In this document: positions 9,514 through 18,763 of the stretch, in pieces
How positions within the stretch are numbered: position 1 is the first letter of the stretch
Layout: the number at the start of each line of letters is the position of its first letter
Origin: Chloroflexota bacterium
GTDB lineage: Bacteria; Chloroflexota; UBA11872; VXOZ01
Direction: 5' to 3'
Assembly (NCBI GenBank): GCA_964291655.2
Contig: OZ219802.1
Location: 1,056,001 to 1,120,000 of the forward strand
DNA length: 64,000 nucleotides
The notes under the pieces: model-generated
Database searches by the model: none
What the model saw: the letters and a program-made list of their open reading frames with translations, nothing else
Told to the model about the DNA's origin: nothing
Made by a program: the position numbers and the translations under genes

Positions 9514-9689
9514 TACGACCGTCGCCCAATGCAAGTGATTGCGGTTGAGGCCTGGGACCGCTGTCCTGTCCGATTGCGCCGAATAGTCATGATCGCAATG
9601 TAGCTATTCTACGAATCGAGGGCCGTTTCCCTTGGTGTCGCGAATATAGAGAGTTGCATTTAGGGTCAGAAGCCATCCGGCAGATAGAA
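9514..9689 (-). pseudogene. Remnant of type I restriction-modification S subunit target recognition domain
   Basis: The minus strand reads FYLPDGF*P(frameshift)LNATLYIRDTKGNGPRFVE*LHCDHDYSAQSDRTAVPGLNRNHLH. This resembles HsdS FWPLNTTLYVRDFKGNDPRF...SDKAAVPGLNRNHLH. Confidence 0.75.
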
Positions 9690-9959
9690 GGCTCGTGTCA
9701 CAGTAACCGTCAGTGTGGGAGGAGCTCAGCGATCTCTTCCTGCGAAAGCGCTGGCGACATTTGACAGAGCCCATTCCGCAGGTCCTTCAAGGCGGGCGCT
9801 TTGAAGTGGGGGCTCAGCTCAAAGGATGCTAGAAGCCCCGGCTTGGCTGAACAGCCTGCCGAGATGTTCCGGTTCCGGGTGCAGTACAGTGATGGTGCCC
9901 CATTCGCCGGCATGCTCGCTAATTGCGTCGGAGACTTTGACTGCGTTGAAAACTGCGAC

Positions 9960-11213
9960 CTACGCCAGCCCGGCCGCGGCTTCCCAGTCCGGATCGGCGG
10001 TGAAGCGCTCGTCGATTGGGGTGAAGTCACGGGGATAGGTTGCCATGTGCGCTGTCGCCGGCCGGGCCGGATCTCTACTCACCGCGAGCCTGCCTTCCTT
10101 GAAGACGTAGCGGACATTGGCATAATTCACTACCGCCTGGATGTCGCTGGCGGGATCGCCGTCCACCACTACCACGTCGGCAAGCTTGCCCTTTTCTAAC
10201 GTGCCGAGCCGGTCGTCGATCTTCATTGCTTCAGCCGAACCCTTCGTGGCCACGCCGATGGCTTCCAGCGGGCTCAGGCCGCAGCCCACGAACTCCTGGA
10301 GTTCAAAGCCGCTGTCCCAGATGTCCCAAGGCGGTGTGCTCGGGCAGTCGGTACCTAGCCCCATCTTCACGCCCATCTTGTGCGCCAGGCGCACACCCTC
10401 GCGGTGGACGTAGTGAGCCTCGCCCATCTTGCGGGTTTCCCACGGGCGATCAGCGCCGTACTTTATCGCCATGTTCTGGCGGGAAGTAACACGGAGCGTC
10501 GGCACGAAGAAGAGTTCGTTCTCCAAAATTCCCTGCAGAGCTTTTTCGTCGATGAGCGCGCCGTGGTGAATCTGATCGCAGCCGGCCTGAATTGCCATGT
10601 CCAGCCCCGGTTGCGTGTGGCAGTGCACCACCACGAGCCGCCCGACGCTGTGGGCTTCGTGTACCAGGGCATCCAGCTCCTCCTGGGTGTAGTCCAGCCA
10701 CCAGGTCTCTTCGTCTTCCGCCCAGAAGCCGCCGCTGGCAGCCGTCTTGATGAAGTCAACCTTGGCCTGCACCATTTCGCGTACGGCTTTGCGCACTTCC
10801 CACGGGCCGTCCGCCACCCGACCCCGTACGTGGCCGTTGGTACAGTCCACCACCGCGCCAACAATGAGCCGGGCGCACTCCGGGAACCAGCCGTCCGCAA
10901 TCGCCTGGCGGCACTGCGTGGAGGCCGGCGGCATGGTGCCGGCAACGTGGGCGATGGTGGTGAAGCCCGCCAGGAGCGACTTGCGCAGCTTCTGCAGCGC
11001 CTGATACGGCCCGTGCAGGTGCACGTGCAGGTCCATCATGCCGGGCAGGAGGCTCGTGCCCGCAACGTCGATGACCTCGGCATCCGGCGGGATATCCACA
11101 TTGCTGCCCACAGCCTCGATGCGATTATCCACAATAAGAACGGCACCGTCCACAAGCGGCGGCCCGCCATTGCCGTCAATTATCCTGCCGTTTATGAGCG
11201 CTGTTTTTGCCAC
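9960..11213 (-). CDS. Metal-dependent amidohydrolase family protein
   Basis: LPGMMDLHVH, carboxylatable Lys in DFIKT, VVVHCH, IHHG, GTD and GKLADVVVVDGDP. Confidence 0.92.
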   Translation of the reverse strand: MAKTALINGRIIDGNGGPPLVDGAVLIVDNRIEAVGSNVDIPPDAEVIDVAGTSLLPGMMDLHVHLHGPYQALQKLRKSLLAGFTTIAHVAGTMPPASTQCRQAIADGWFPECARLIVGAVVDCTNGHVRGRVADGPWEVRKAVREMVQAKVDFIKTAASGGFWAEDEETWWLDYTQEELDALVHEAHSVGRLVVVHCHTQPGLDMAIQAGCDQIHHGALIDEKALQGILENELFFVPTLRVTSRQNMAIKYGADRPWETRKMGEAHYVHREGVRLAHKMGVKMGLGTDCPSTPPWDIWDSGFELQEFVGCGLSPLEAIGVATKGSAEAMKIDDRLGTLEKGKLADVVVVDGDPASDIQAVVNYANVRYVFKEGRLAVSRDPARPATAHMATYPRDFTPIDERFTADPDWEAAAGLA

Positions 11214-11837
11214 GGTGAGTTTCTCCTTGCAGAAGCGAGTAGGCTGTGTTCAATCAAATCAAAGGGCAATTGTGTGTCCCACCTAGACCGTTTGCGATGC
11301 GCCTTTCAATGCCGGGCACACCTCGGGGCCAAAGAGCGAACCTTGGTCTCCCTTTGTACCCACCGCGGCAAGAGTGTGCTGGTCTTGCCTCTGGAGCGGG
11401 GTGGGTGACCAATCTATAGGTGTACCGCCAAGTAAGCCACCATTGAGTCCAATAGCTGAGGTCTCAGATTGCTCCGGCTGAACTGGCCTGACATGGACCG
11501 AGCGCTCATTGCGCAACGGCTGGGCAAGCCATCTGGATCGTCATTCCCGCGAAAGTGGGGATCCATCCATAGCGATTGGCCGCAACGTTCGTCAGCGAAG
11601 AGCGGGGGACAAACCCCCGCTCTTCGCTTTGAATGCCGCTGATAGGGCAAAGTAGCGAGAAGCGGCCACAAGCCCCATTCCGTATCGACCACAAGCCAAA
11701 CGGTAGTACAGGTTTGTAACCTGTGTCCGCTATTCCTCTCGTGCCAAGCACGGAGCAGACCAAGCCCTGCCAGTCCTCATATCGATGAAGGGCCCTTGAA
11801 CGGACTTGGGCAAAGCACAGTGCCTGTAGGACGTGCT

Positions 11838-13142
11838 CTAGCTCATGTTGTCCGCCAGGAATTGGTTCGCGATATCACCCGCGGTCCTGATGGCCTCCTG
11901 CGGCGTGACCTCGCCCGCAATTGCTTTATACATCTCGGCTGAGACCAACGGCATGATGGCCCGGATGTGCGGGTGCGGAATGTCATAGTGCATGTTCTGG
12001 CTCTGCTCGATGAACGTCGGCATCCAGCCATCGTACTCCTCGCCGACGAAGTCTACTTCGATGTCGCTCCTCACTGGGAGCAGGAAGACGAGCTTGAGGA
12101 ACGCCTTCACGTTCTCGGGCTGCAAGGTATGCGCCAGCAGTTGTATGGCCGCATCGGACTGCGGGCTTACCGGCACCACCCAGCCTGAGAGCGAACCAAA
12201 GCCGAGTTGCTTTTCCTTCTGCCAGGCGGGGCTGGCCGCGAGCCAGGGGATGTTGCCGTTGTCGAAGGGGCGCTTCACATGGGTGGGCGTACGGGCGTTG
12301 ATCATGGCGCCGTAACCTTCAAAGTATGGCGTGGTGCCCTCAGCGGCAATCTTCTTGTTAAAGAGATCGGTCAAGAATTCCAATGCCGCCAGACCGGGGT
12401 CTTCATCAAATGTGACTGACCGGCCGTCCTCAGCGAAGAACTCGCCACCGGCCTGCCAGAGCACCGGATTGAACCACGAGTTCAGCGTGTTCTTACTGGT
12501 GGTGACGGTCAGGCCAAACTGGTCGGAGCCGTCCGCCCTCTTCTGGGTTAGTTGCCGTGCGATCTCCGCTACGTCATCCCACTGGGTGGGCGGCTCGTTG
12601 ATGCCGGCGTTCTCGAAGATATCCTTGTTGTAGAGGGGAATATTCACGCTCTGCCGGTGCGGAAGGAAGTGCAGGACCCCGCTAAAAGTGCCAGCCTCGA
12701 CGATACCGGGGAGATAGGCGCCCAATTCGCCAAAGTCTCCCGCTTTGGCCGCGGGACCGAGATCCGCCAGGAAGCCGCGGTCAGCGTACATGGCGACAAA
12801 GTCGAGGAAGCCTTGCATGAGCGCCGGTGGCGCGCCGGCCGCCACCGCAGCCGGGAATTTCTCACCACGAAAGTTGCCGGCCGGCTGGGATTGCACGACC
12901 ACGGCTCCCGGATGCATTTCCTGAAACGCGTCCAGCACCGCCCCCGGCAGGTATTGGGAGCTATAGCCCCATACCTGAAAGACGCCGGTTATCCCCGCCG
13001 GCTCCTCTGGCGCCGCAGGCGCGTCACTCTCCGGCGCTTCCGGCGCCGCCACCGTCTGCACCTGGCCGCAGGCAGCGAGCAGACTCGCTCCAATACCTAC
13101 GCCAACTCCCGCCAACATCTGTCGTCTACTCATGCGCGCCAT
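11838..13142 (-). CDS. Extracellular solute-binding protein, Tat lipoprotein
   Basis: SRRQMLAG, LAAC lipobox, YNKDIFENAGINEPPTQWDD, AGGAGG RBS. Confidence 0.9.
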   Translation of the reverse strand: MARMSRRQMLAGVGVGIGASLLAACGQVQTVAAPEAPESDAPAAPEEPAGITGVFQVWGYSSQYLPGAVLDAFQEMHPGAVVVQSQPAGNFRGEKFPAAVAAGAPPALMQGFLDFVAMYADRGFLADLGPAAKAGDFGELGAYLPGIVEAGTFSGVLHFLPHRQSVNIPLYNKDIFENAGINEPPTQWDDVAEIARQLTQKRADGSDQFGLTVTTSKNTLNSWFNPVLWQAGGEFFAEDGRSVTFDEDPGLAALEFLTDLFNKKIAAEGTTPYFEGYGAMINARTPTHVKRPFDNGNIPWLAASPAWQKEKQLGFGSLSGWVVPVSPQSDAAIQLLAHTLQPENVKAFLKLVFLLPVRSDIEVDFVGEEYDGWMPTFIEQSQNMHYDIPHPHIRAIMPLVSAEMYKAIAGEVTPQEAIRTAGDIANQFLADNMS

Positions 13143-13519
13143 GACGCTACCTCCTAAAGTGTGACAATTTGTTGCCGGGCATCCACGGCCTGTTACTGCA
13201 AGCCAGAAGCTTACCGCAGTCCGGCAGCATCTCCACCCCGACAACTCTCAAAGCAACGAATTCAAGGATAGTACAAATCCATAACTCGTCAATGCTGAAT
13301 GTATAGCACCCTCCTCTTGGTGTCAAACTTTGGTCGCTGTAGAAGGGTCAAATTCATGCTCGCCGTTGCCATTCGCGCACCATTTCAAGAGTTGCGGGCA
13401 GGGCAAAAGTGAGATGCGTTGACTCTGTCGGGCTCTTTGCTGCATAGTGTGTGTCAATAACCCCTCCCTTTTTGCCACGCCCATCGAGTCTCCACCACCG
13501 GAATGAGAGGTATGCGGTC

Positions 13520-14659
13520 ATGATTGAATGGCTTGGTATCGAACATCTAGTCGAGCTATCCGGGCAGGAAGCGCTCCTGGGGTTTCTCACCCCGCTGGCG
13601 ATCCTCGTCCTGTTCTTCCTGGTGCAGCTCATTCTGCCGGGCAGGTGGGTGACCGGCTACGTCACCGATCGGGAGACCGGTGAACCCCGCAATTACAAGC
13701 TAAACGGTCTGCTGGTGTATGTCATCGCGCTGGTCGTGTGGGCCCTTGAGCTCACCGGCATGCCGCGCGACTGGTTCTACCGGTCGGCGCTTTACGCGGT
13801 GGCCGGAGGTACGGTGGTTATCACTATTCTCGCGCTCATTGCGGTGTTCAGCCGGCCCCGGGGCGAAAGTGAGAATCCCCTGGTGGCCCTTTGGCTGGGA
13901 CGGGCCCAGGAGATGTCGTTCTTCAAGAACCGCATTGACGTTAAGATGTACTTCTACGTGGTCGGCGGCACGATGCTCTCGCTCAACGCGCTTTCCGGCG
14001 CTGCATATAATTACGCTCGCTTTGGCGCTGACTTCAATCCGGGCGTCTTTCTCTTTGCGGCGTTCGTGACGTACTACGTCGTGGACTACTTCATCTTCGA
14101 GCGCGTCCAACTCTACACGTACGATATAATCCATGAGAAGCTGGGCTTCAAGATTTTCTGGGGCGGCATCATGGTCTACGGTTGGCTCTATATTCTGCCG
14201 CTGTGGGGCATAGCCGCGCTGCCGCATCCCGGTTTTTCAACGACGGGGACGATTGTGTGGCTAGTTGCATCGGTTGCGCTGTTCTTCCTCGGCTGGACGA
14301 TTACGCGCGGCGCCAACCTGCAGAAGTACACCTTCAAGCGCTGGCCCGACCGCAAGTTTCTGGGGATCATCGAGCCGACGTACATCGAGGCCGGCGATCG
14401 TAAGATCCTTACCAGCGGTTTCTGGCGCCCCGCCCGCCACTTCAACTACCTGGGCGAAGGGATCCTCTCCTTTTCATACGGCTTGGCGTTCGGCTACTTC
14501 ACCAATCCCTGGGCATGGACGTACTTCGTATTCATCGTCACCATCTTCACCCTGCGGCAACGCGAAGACGAAGAAGCGTGCGAAGCGAAGTACGGCCCGG
14601 AGAAGTGGGCGGAGTACCAGGAGCGGGTGAAGTACCGCATCATCCCCGGAATCTATTAG
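13520..14659 (+). CDS. ERG4/ERG24 family sterol reductase-like membrane protein, copy 1
   Basis: YKLNGL, YDIIHEKLGF, SGFWRPARHFNYLGE and C-terminal DEEACEAKYG..WAEYQERVKYRIIPGIY are sterol reductase signatures. Confidence 0.9.
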   Translation: MIEWLGIEHLVELSGQEALLGFLTPLAILVLFFLVQLILPGRWVTGYVTDRETGEPRNYKLNGLLVYVIALVVWALELTGMPRDWFYRSALYAVAGGTVVITILALIAVFSRPRGESENPLVALWLGRAQEMSFFKNRIDVKMYFYVVGGTMLSLNALSGAAYNYARFGADFNPGVFLFAAFVTYYVVDYFIFERVQLYTYDIIHEKLGFKIFWGGIMVYGWLYILPLWGIAALPHPGFSTTGTIVWLVASVALFFLGWTITRGANLQKYTFKRWPDRKFLGIIEPTYIEAGDRKILTSGFWRPARHFNYLGEGILSFSYGLAFGYFTNPWAWTYFVFIVTIFTLRQREDEEACEAKYGPEKWAEYQERVKYRIIPGIY

Positions 14660-14712
14660 GCGTGCTGCTCTCATAGCAATGACGATTGCCCAACAGAAAG
14701 CGATTAGCTGTC

Positions 14713-15852
14713 ATGCTTGAACGGCTTGGAATCGAGCACCTTTTCGCGCTTACCGGCACGGAAGCGCTGCTGGGCTTTCTCACCCCCTTGGCGCTCTTCG
14801 TCGTGTTCTTCCTGGCGCAGCTCATCCTGCCGGGCAGGCGGGTACCCGGCTACGTCTCTGATCCGGCGACCGGCGAACCCCGCAGCTACAAGCTGAGCGG
14901 CCTGCTGGTGTTTGTCCTCGCGCTGGTCGTGTGGCGGCTCGAACTCACCGGCATGCCCCGCGATTGGTTCTACCGATCGGCACCCTACGCGGTGGCCGGC
15001 GGCTCAGTGGTTGCGTTGGTTCTGACAATTATCGCGGTGTTCAGCCAGCCGCGTGGCGAGGTAGAGAATCCCATCGCGGCCTTCTGGATGGGGCGGGCGC
15101 AGGAGCTGTCGTTCTTCAACAACCGCTTCGACGTGAAGATGTACCTCTACGTCGTCGGCGGGACGATGCTGGCGCTCAACGCGCTCTCCGCCGCCGCGTA
15201 TCACTACGCCCGCTTTGGCGCGGACTCCAACCCGGGCGTTTTTCTCTTTGCGGCGTTCATGACGTTCTATATCGCGGACTACTTCGTCTTCGAGCGCGTC
15301 CAGCTCTATACATACGACTTGATCCACGAGAAACTGGGCTTCAAGCTGATCTGGGGCGCTCTCATGGTCTGGGGATGGCTGTACGTTCTGCCAATCTGGG
15401 GCATGGCGGCACTGCCGCGCCCGGAAGTCTCGTCGCCGTGGACGTACGTCTTGCTCGGTGGCACGGCTGCGCTGCTCTGGTTCGGCTGGAGCATCTCGCG
15501 CGGCGCAAGCCTGCAGAAGTACACGTTCAAGCGCTGGCCGGACCGCAAATTCCTGGGGCTCATCGAACCTGAATACATCGCGGCCGGCGACCGCAAGATC
15601 CTGTGCAACGGACTCTGGGGCCCCGCGCGGCACTTCAACTACATGGGCGAGGTGCTCATCGCCCTGGCCGTTGCACTGCTCTTCGGCCACTTCGCGAACC
15701 CCTGGGCGTGGGTATACTTCGTCTACATGACAACGTACATCATCACGCACCAACGTGACGACGAAAAGGAATGCGTCGAGAAGTACGGCGCGGAAAAGTG
15801 GGCGGAGTACCAGGCAAAGGTGAAGTACCGGGTCTTTCCCGGCATCTACTAG
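14713..15852 (+). CDS. ERG4/ERG24 family sterol reductase-like membrane protein, copy 2
   Basis: Full-length paralog with NGLWGPARHFNYMGE and DEKECVEKYG..WAEYQAKVKYRVFPGIY. Confidence 0.9.
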   Translation: MLERLGIEHLFALTGTEALLGFLTPLALFVVFFLAQLILPGRRVPGYVSDPATGEPRSYKLSGLLVFVLALVVWRLELTGMPRDWFYRSAPYAVAGGSVVALVLTIIAVFSQPRGEVENPIAAFWMGRAQELSFFNNRFDVKMYLYVVGGTMLALNALSAAAYHYARFGADSNPGVFLFAAFMTFYIADYFVFERVQLYTYDLIHEKLGFKLIWGALMVWGWLYVLPIWGMAALPRPEVSSPWTYVLLGGTAALLWFGWSISRGASLQKYTFKRWPDRKFLGLIEPEYIAAGDRKILCNGLWGPARHFNYMGEVLIALAVALLFGHFANPWAWVYFVYMTTYIITHQRDDEKECVEKYGAEKWAEYQAKVKYRVFPGIY

Positions 15853-15995
15853 GCGGGAATTGCGCAACCCTATTGCAGGAAGCTTGGGCCAACTACTATC
15901 GCTCCCTCGACGCAGAGTCTGAAGTGGGTTTCTAGCGCAGTGAAGATTGGGCCAATACTCGGCTAATTCGGTACGACGACATAGGCGCAATTGCC

Positions 15996-16388
15996 CTATT
16001 CGGGCGTCCGGGAGACCAGGAATGAGTCTGAATTGAGGTCATCCAGGGTCCTGATAAGTTCCTTGGCGTCTTCAATTCCTTCCCCGACCGAGACTTCGTC
16101 CAAGTGCGCCTGATAGAAGTTTGCATGCAGCGCCTCCAATGATCGTAGCAATCTCCGTCTATGGCTAGCGTTGGACGGGTCTTGGTCAATTAGCCTGTTG
16201 GCATTCTCTATCAGTCTTCTGTGCGACCCCAGCGGCCAATTCCGCTGACGGGCAACAGAGTTTACAAAGTGTGAAACCGCTCCCCAAGCTTTCTCAGAGG
16301 CTTGTAGGAAATCGCCCTTACGTAGCTCAACCTCTGCATGTTCCAAGAACTGTAGGCTAATCTCTCGGTGCTGCTCTGCCGTAGCCAT
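15996..16388 (-). CDS. PaREP1 family (HEPN-like) protein
   Basis: GDFLQASEKAWGA and LHANFY motifs. Confidence 0.85.
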   Translation of the reverse strand: MATAEQHREISLQFLEHAEVELRKGDFLQASEKAWGAVSHFVNSVARQRNWPLGSHRRLIENANRLIDQDPSNASHRRRLLRSLEALHANFYQAHLDEVSVGEGIEDAKELIRTLDDLNSDSFLVSRTPE

Positions 16389-16390
16389 TT

Positions 16391-16912
16391 CTACTCCCCT
16401 GTGTACGCCGTGGGCTCAGTGTACTCGATGAGCGAGAATTGGCCCCCGACCACCAAGAAGCGGATCGTTGTCTCAACGCCGTAGACGTCAAGCAGGTGGA
16501 GAGGCTCTCCTAACTCAAAATGCGCGGCAGGCGCTGCAAGTTTACCGTTTATGGCGATATTGTCACCGTAAACATAGCCATCTTTGTGCGGATTGAGCCG
16601 TCCTTCTATGCCTGGGATGTATCCTGTGCTTCGGATGAAAAGGAGTGCCTTTCTGTCATCCTTGGACGGCTCCAATTCCAAGGGAACTACCTCTGAATCT
16701 CCCGGCACAAGAGTTGTTGCGAATGGGAGATAGCCTTCTGCAGCTACAAGTACTGTCATGCACTGATCGACGCGGTATAGATTCAATTTGCAAAAGCCGT
16801 CAGCGTCAGTCTGACCTGTAAGATACCTCCCGTCAGGAAAAGCTGCTAGCACCGCGGCCTTGCCTACAGTCTCTCCACTCTGCGACTTCACTTGGAATAC
16901 TACGTCTGCCAT
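16391..16912 (-). CDS. Hypothetical beta-rich protein with carboxypeptidase-regulatory-like N-terminal region
   Basis: 173-aa ORF with AAGGGAAGG RBS and a GQTDADG..AEGY pattern. It ends 2 nt before the PaREP1 start. Confidence 0.7.
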   Translation of the reverse strand: MADVVFQVKSQSGETVGKAAVLAAFPDGRYLTGQTDADGFCKLNLYRVDQCMTVLVAAEGYLPFATTLVPGDSEVVPLELEPSKDDRKALLFIRSTGYIPGIEGRLNPHKDGYVYGDNIAINGKLAAPAAHFELGEPLHLLDVYGVETTIRFLVVGGQFSLIEYTEPTAYTGE

Positions 16913-17005
16913 GCCTTCCCTTATCCCAATCGCCCTAAAAGAGCTTAGAGTTCAGTCCAGAATCCATTATCTCACGCATTCGCAGGCGCTTGCCATTAGT
17001 GAGAA

Positions 17006-18337
17006 TCACATAAATGCTCCCCAGGGGCGCTTGTCGAGCACCTGCCGGGCGAAGCGCAGGTAGTTGCCGCCGATGATCTTTTGGATTTCGTCGTCGGAGT
17101 GTCCCATGCAGACGAGCCCCACGGTCCAATAGGGCCAGTTTGTCCAGTCGAGCGCGCCGGGTTGCCAGCCGGGGAAGAAGGTACGGTCCGTGCCGACGCC
17201 GACGTAGTCAATGCCGGCTACCTTGATCGCGTGCTCCAAATGACGGTACCAGGTGTGGAAGGATTCCGGCCCCGTACCGAGCACGTAGTCGATGGAGTAT
17301 ATCGCGACTAGCCCGCCCTTCGCGGCCACGGCTTTGAGCATGGCGTCGTCCGCATTGCGGCTGACCGGTCTCGTCGGCGGCGTGGCGCCGCGCGCATACG
17401 GCTGCTGGAACACCTTTTTCAGATAGCCTCGGTTCGTAGAGTCATCGTAGACTGCCCGGCAGCCCGTGTGGCTAAGCATCACCGGTTCGGTAGAAGCCGC
17501 GATGATGTCATATGACGACTGTTCGCCGCTATGGGCCAGGTCCACCATGATGCCGAGTTTGTTCATGCGCCGGACCACCTGCGTGCCAAGCGGCGTCAGG
17601 CCGGTATCGCGCTCCTGCAGGTACGAACTGCAGAGGCCGTTGGCCTGGATGTACGTCATCTGTGACATGCGCACACCCAGCGCGTAGAAGAGGTCCAGGT
17701 TTCGCAGGGGGTCTGAGGTTTCCGCGAAGCAACCGACGCCAGCGAGATGAAACATCACACCCGGCTTGCCGCTGCGGCGCCCCCGCTCGATGTCGTCGAC
17801 CTTGGTAACACGCATTAGGTCATCGCGCCGGTCGTAGACGAAGTTGATGCGCGACAGGCGATCCAAGGCCGCTTCGTACGTATTTTCCTCGGGACCGGCA
17901 ACGTCAGAGACACCCAGGTCTACTCCGGCGATTGAGTAAAGCGCTCTAGACTCCTCAATCCACTGCTCGTCGAACGCCGACTCGAACGACTTCCGTTTGA
18001 AGTGGCTGGCGTGCAGGCGACGGTTGAGTTCCTCCGGATCCAGGCATTGCTGGGATAGTTCCTCGCGAAATAGCTCCAGGTCCTGCCGCAGCCGGTCGCC
18101 TACAATGCCGTGCGTCGAGCTCATCTGCACCGACCCCTGCACGTCAGCCACGAAGCTGTTGTAATGCAGTTCCAGGCCGCGTTCGATTTGCGCGTTGGTG
18201 GGTTTTAGTTCATCCAGAATGACCTGGTGTCCCGCCCGTATGCGGTCCAAGGTTTCATGTCGCACGCGATAGTCGCGGGCTCGTTCTAGCGGCGCACTAC
18301 CGTTTGGTAGATTAGAGTCTGTCGTCTCAACATTCAT
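17006..18337 (-). CDS. Membrane dipeptidase (peptidase M19) family protein, divergent
   Basis: GVRMSQMTY, GLTPLGTQVVRRMNKLGIMVDLAH, SHTG, RNADD and GIDYVGVGTD. Confidence 0.85.
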   Translation of the reverse strand: MNVETTDSNLPNGSAPLERARDYRVRHETLDRIRAGHQVILDELKPTNAQIERGLELHYNSFVADVQGSVQMSSTHGIVGDRLRQDLELFREELSQQCLDPEELNRRLHASHFKRKSFESAFDEQWIEESRALYSIAGVDLGVSDVAGPEENTYEAALDRLSRINFVYDRRDDLMRVTKVDDIERGRRSGKPGVMFHLAGVGCFAETSDPLRNLDLFYALGVRMSQMTYIQANGLCSSYLQERDTGLTPLGTQVVRRMNKLGIMVDLAHSGEQSSYDIIAASTEPVMLSHTGCRAVYDDSTNRGYLKKVFQQPYARGATPPTRPVSRNADDAMLKAVAAKGGLVAIYSIDYVLGTGPESFHTWYRHLEHAIKVAGIDYVGVGTDRTFFPGWQPGALDWTNWPYWTVGLVCMGHSDDEIQKIIGGNYLRFARQVLDKRPWGAFM

Positions 18338-18625
18338 GAACGGCCCTCCGCTTGTGGGAAACCAGTCTACTCATGCAAATGAAAGCAAGGCTCGTACTAT
18401 CTCCGGCTCATCGCTATTCTAATGATAGTCCTCTCCCACCTGTTGCCAAGACCTTGCTACCCACCCTCCCAGCTAGACCAAGCACTATATCCACATCCCT
18501 CCGAGCCTCTTGCCGCAGTACCAACGCATAGTGGCTCGCCCAAAATCCGTCTAAACCTAGCATTCATGGCAAGTCTCCCTAGGATTCAACAGTAGACTCC
18601 CCGCTTTTCACCCAAATCTTGCAAA

Positions 18626-18654
18626 TTGACGCACAGTAGGTCTAGAATTACTAT
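18626..18654 (+). promoter_or_regulatory. Putative sigma70-type promoter
   Basis: TTGACG-N17-TACTAT about 110 nt upstream of the SBP start. Confidence 0.55.
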
Positions 18655-18763
18655 CAAGCATTCTAAGAGAGTTGCGCACAAGCGGTTGAGGATTCCGCCA
18701 GGAGATGCGCTGTAATCTCCGTAGGATGCAATTGGATACACTTGTAGTTCTTTACCCAGGAGG

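Noticed and set aside
9710-9950. hsdM remnant or hsdS start upstream of the hsdS fragment
   Set aside because: Only a short AGEWGTIT resemblance is visible, which is too weak to call without a search.
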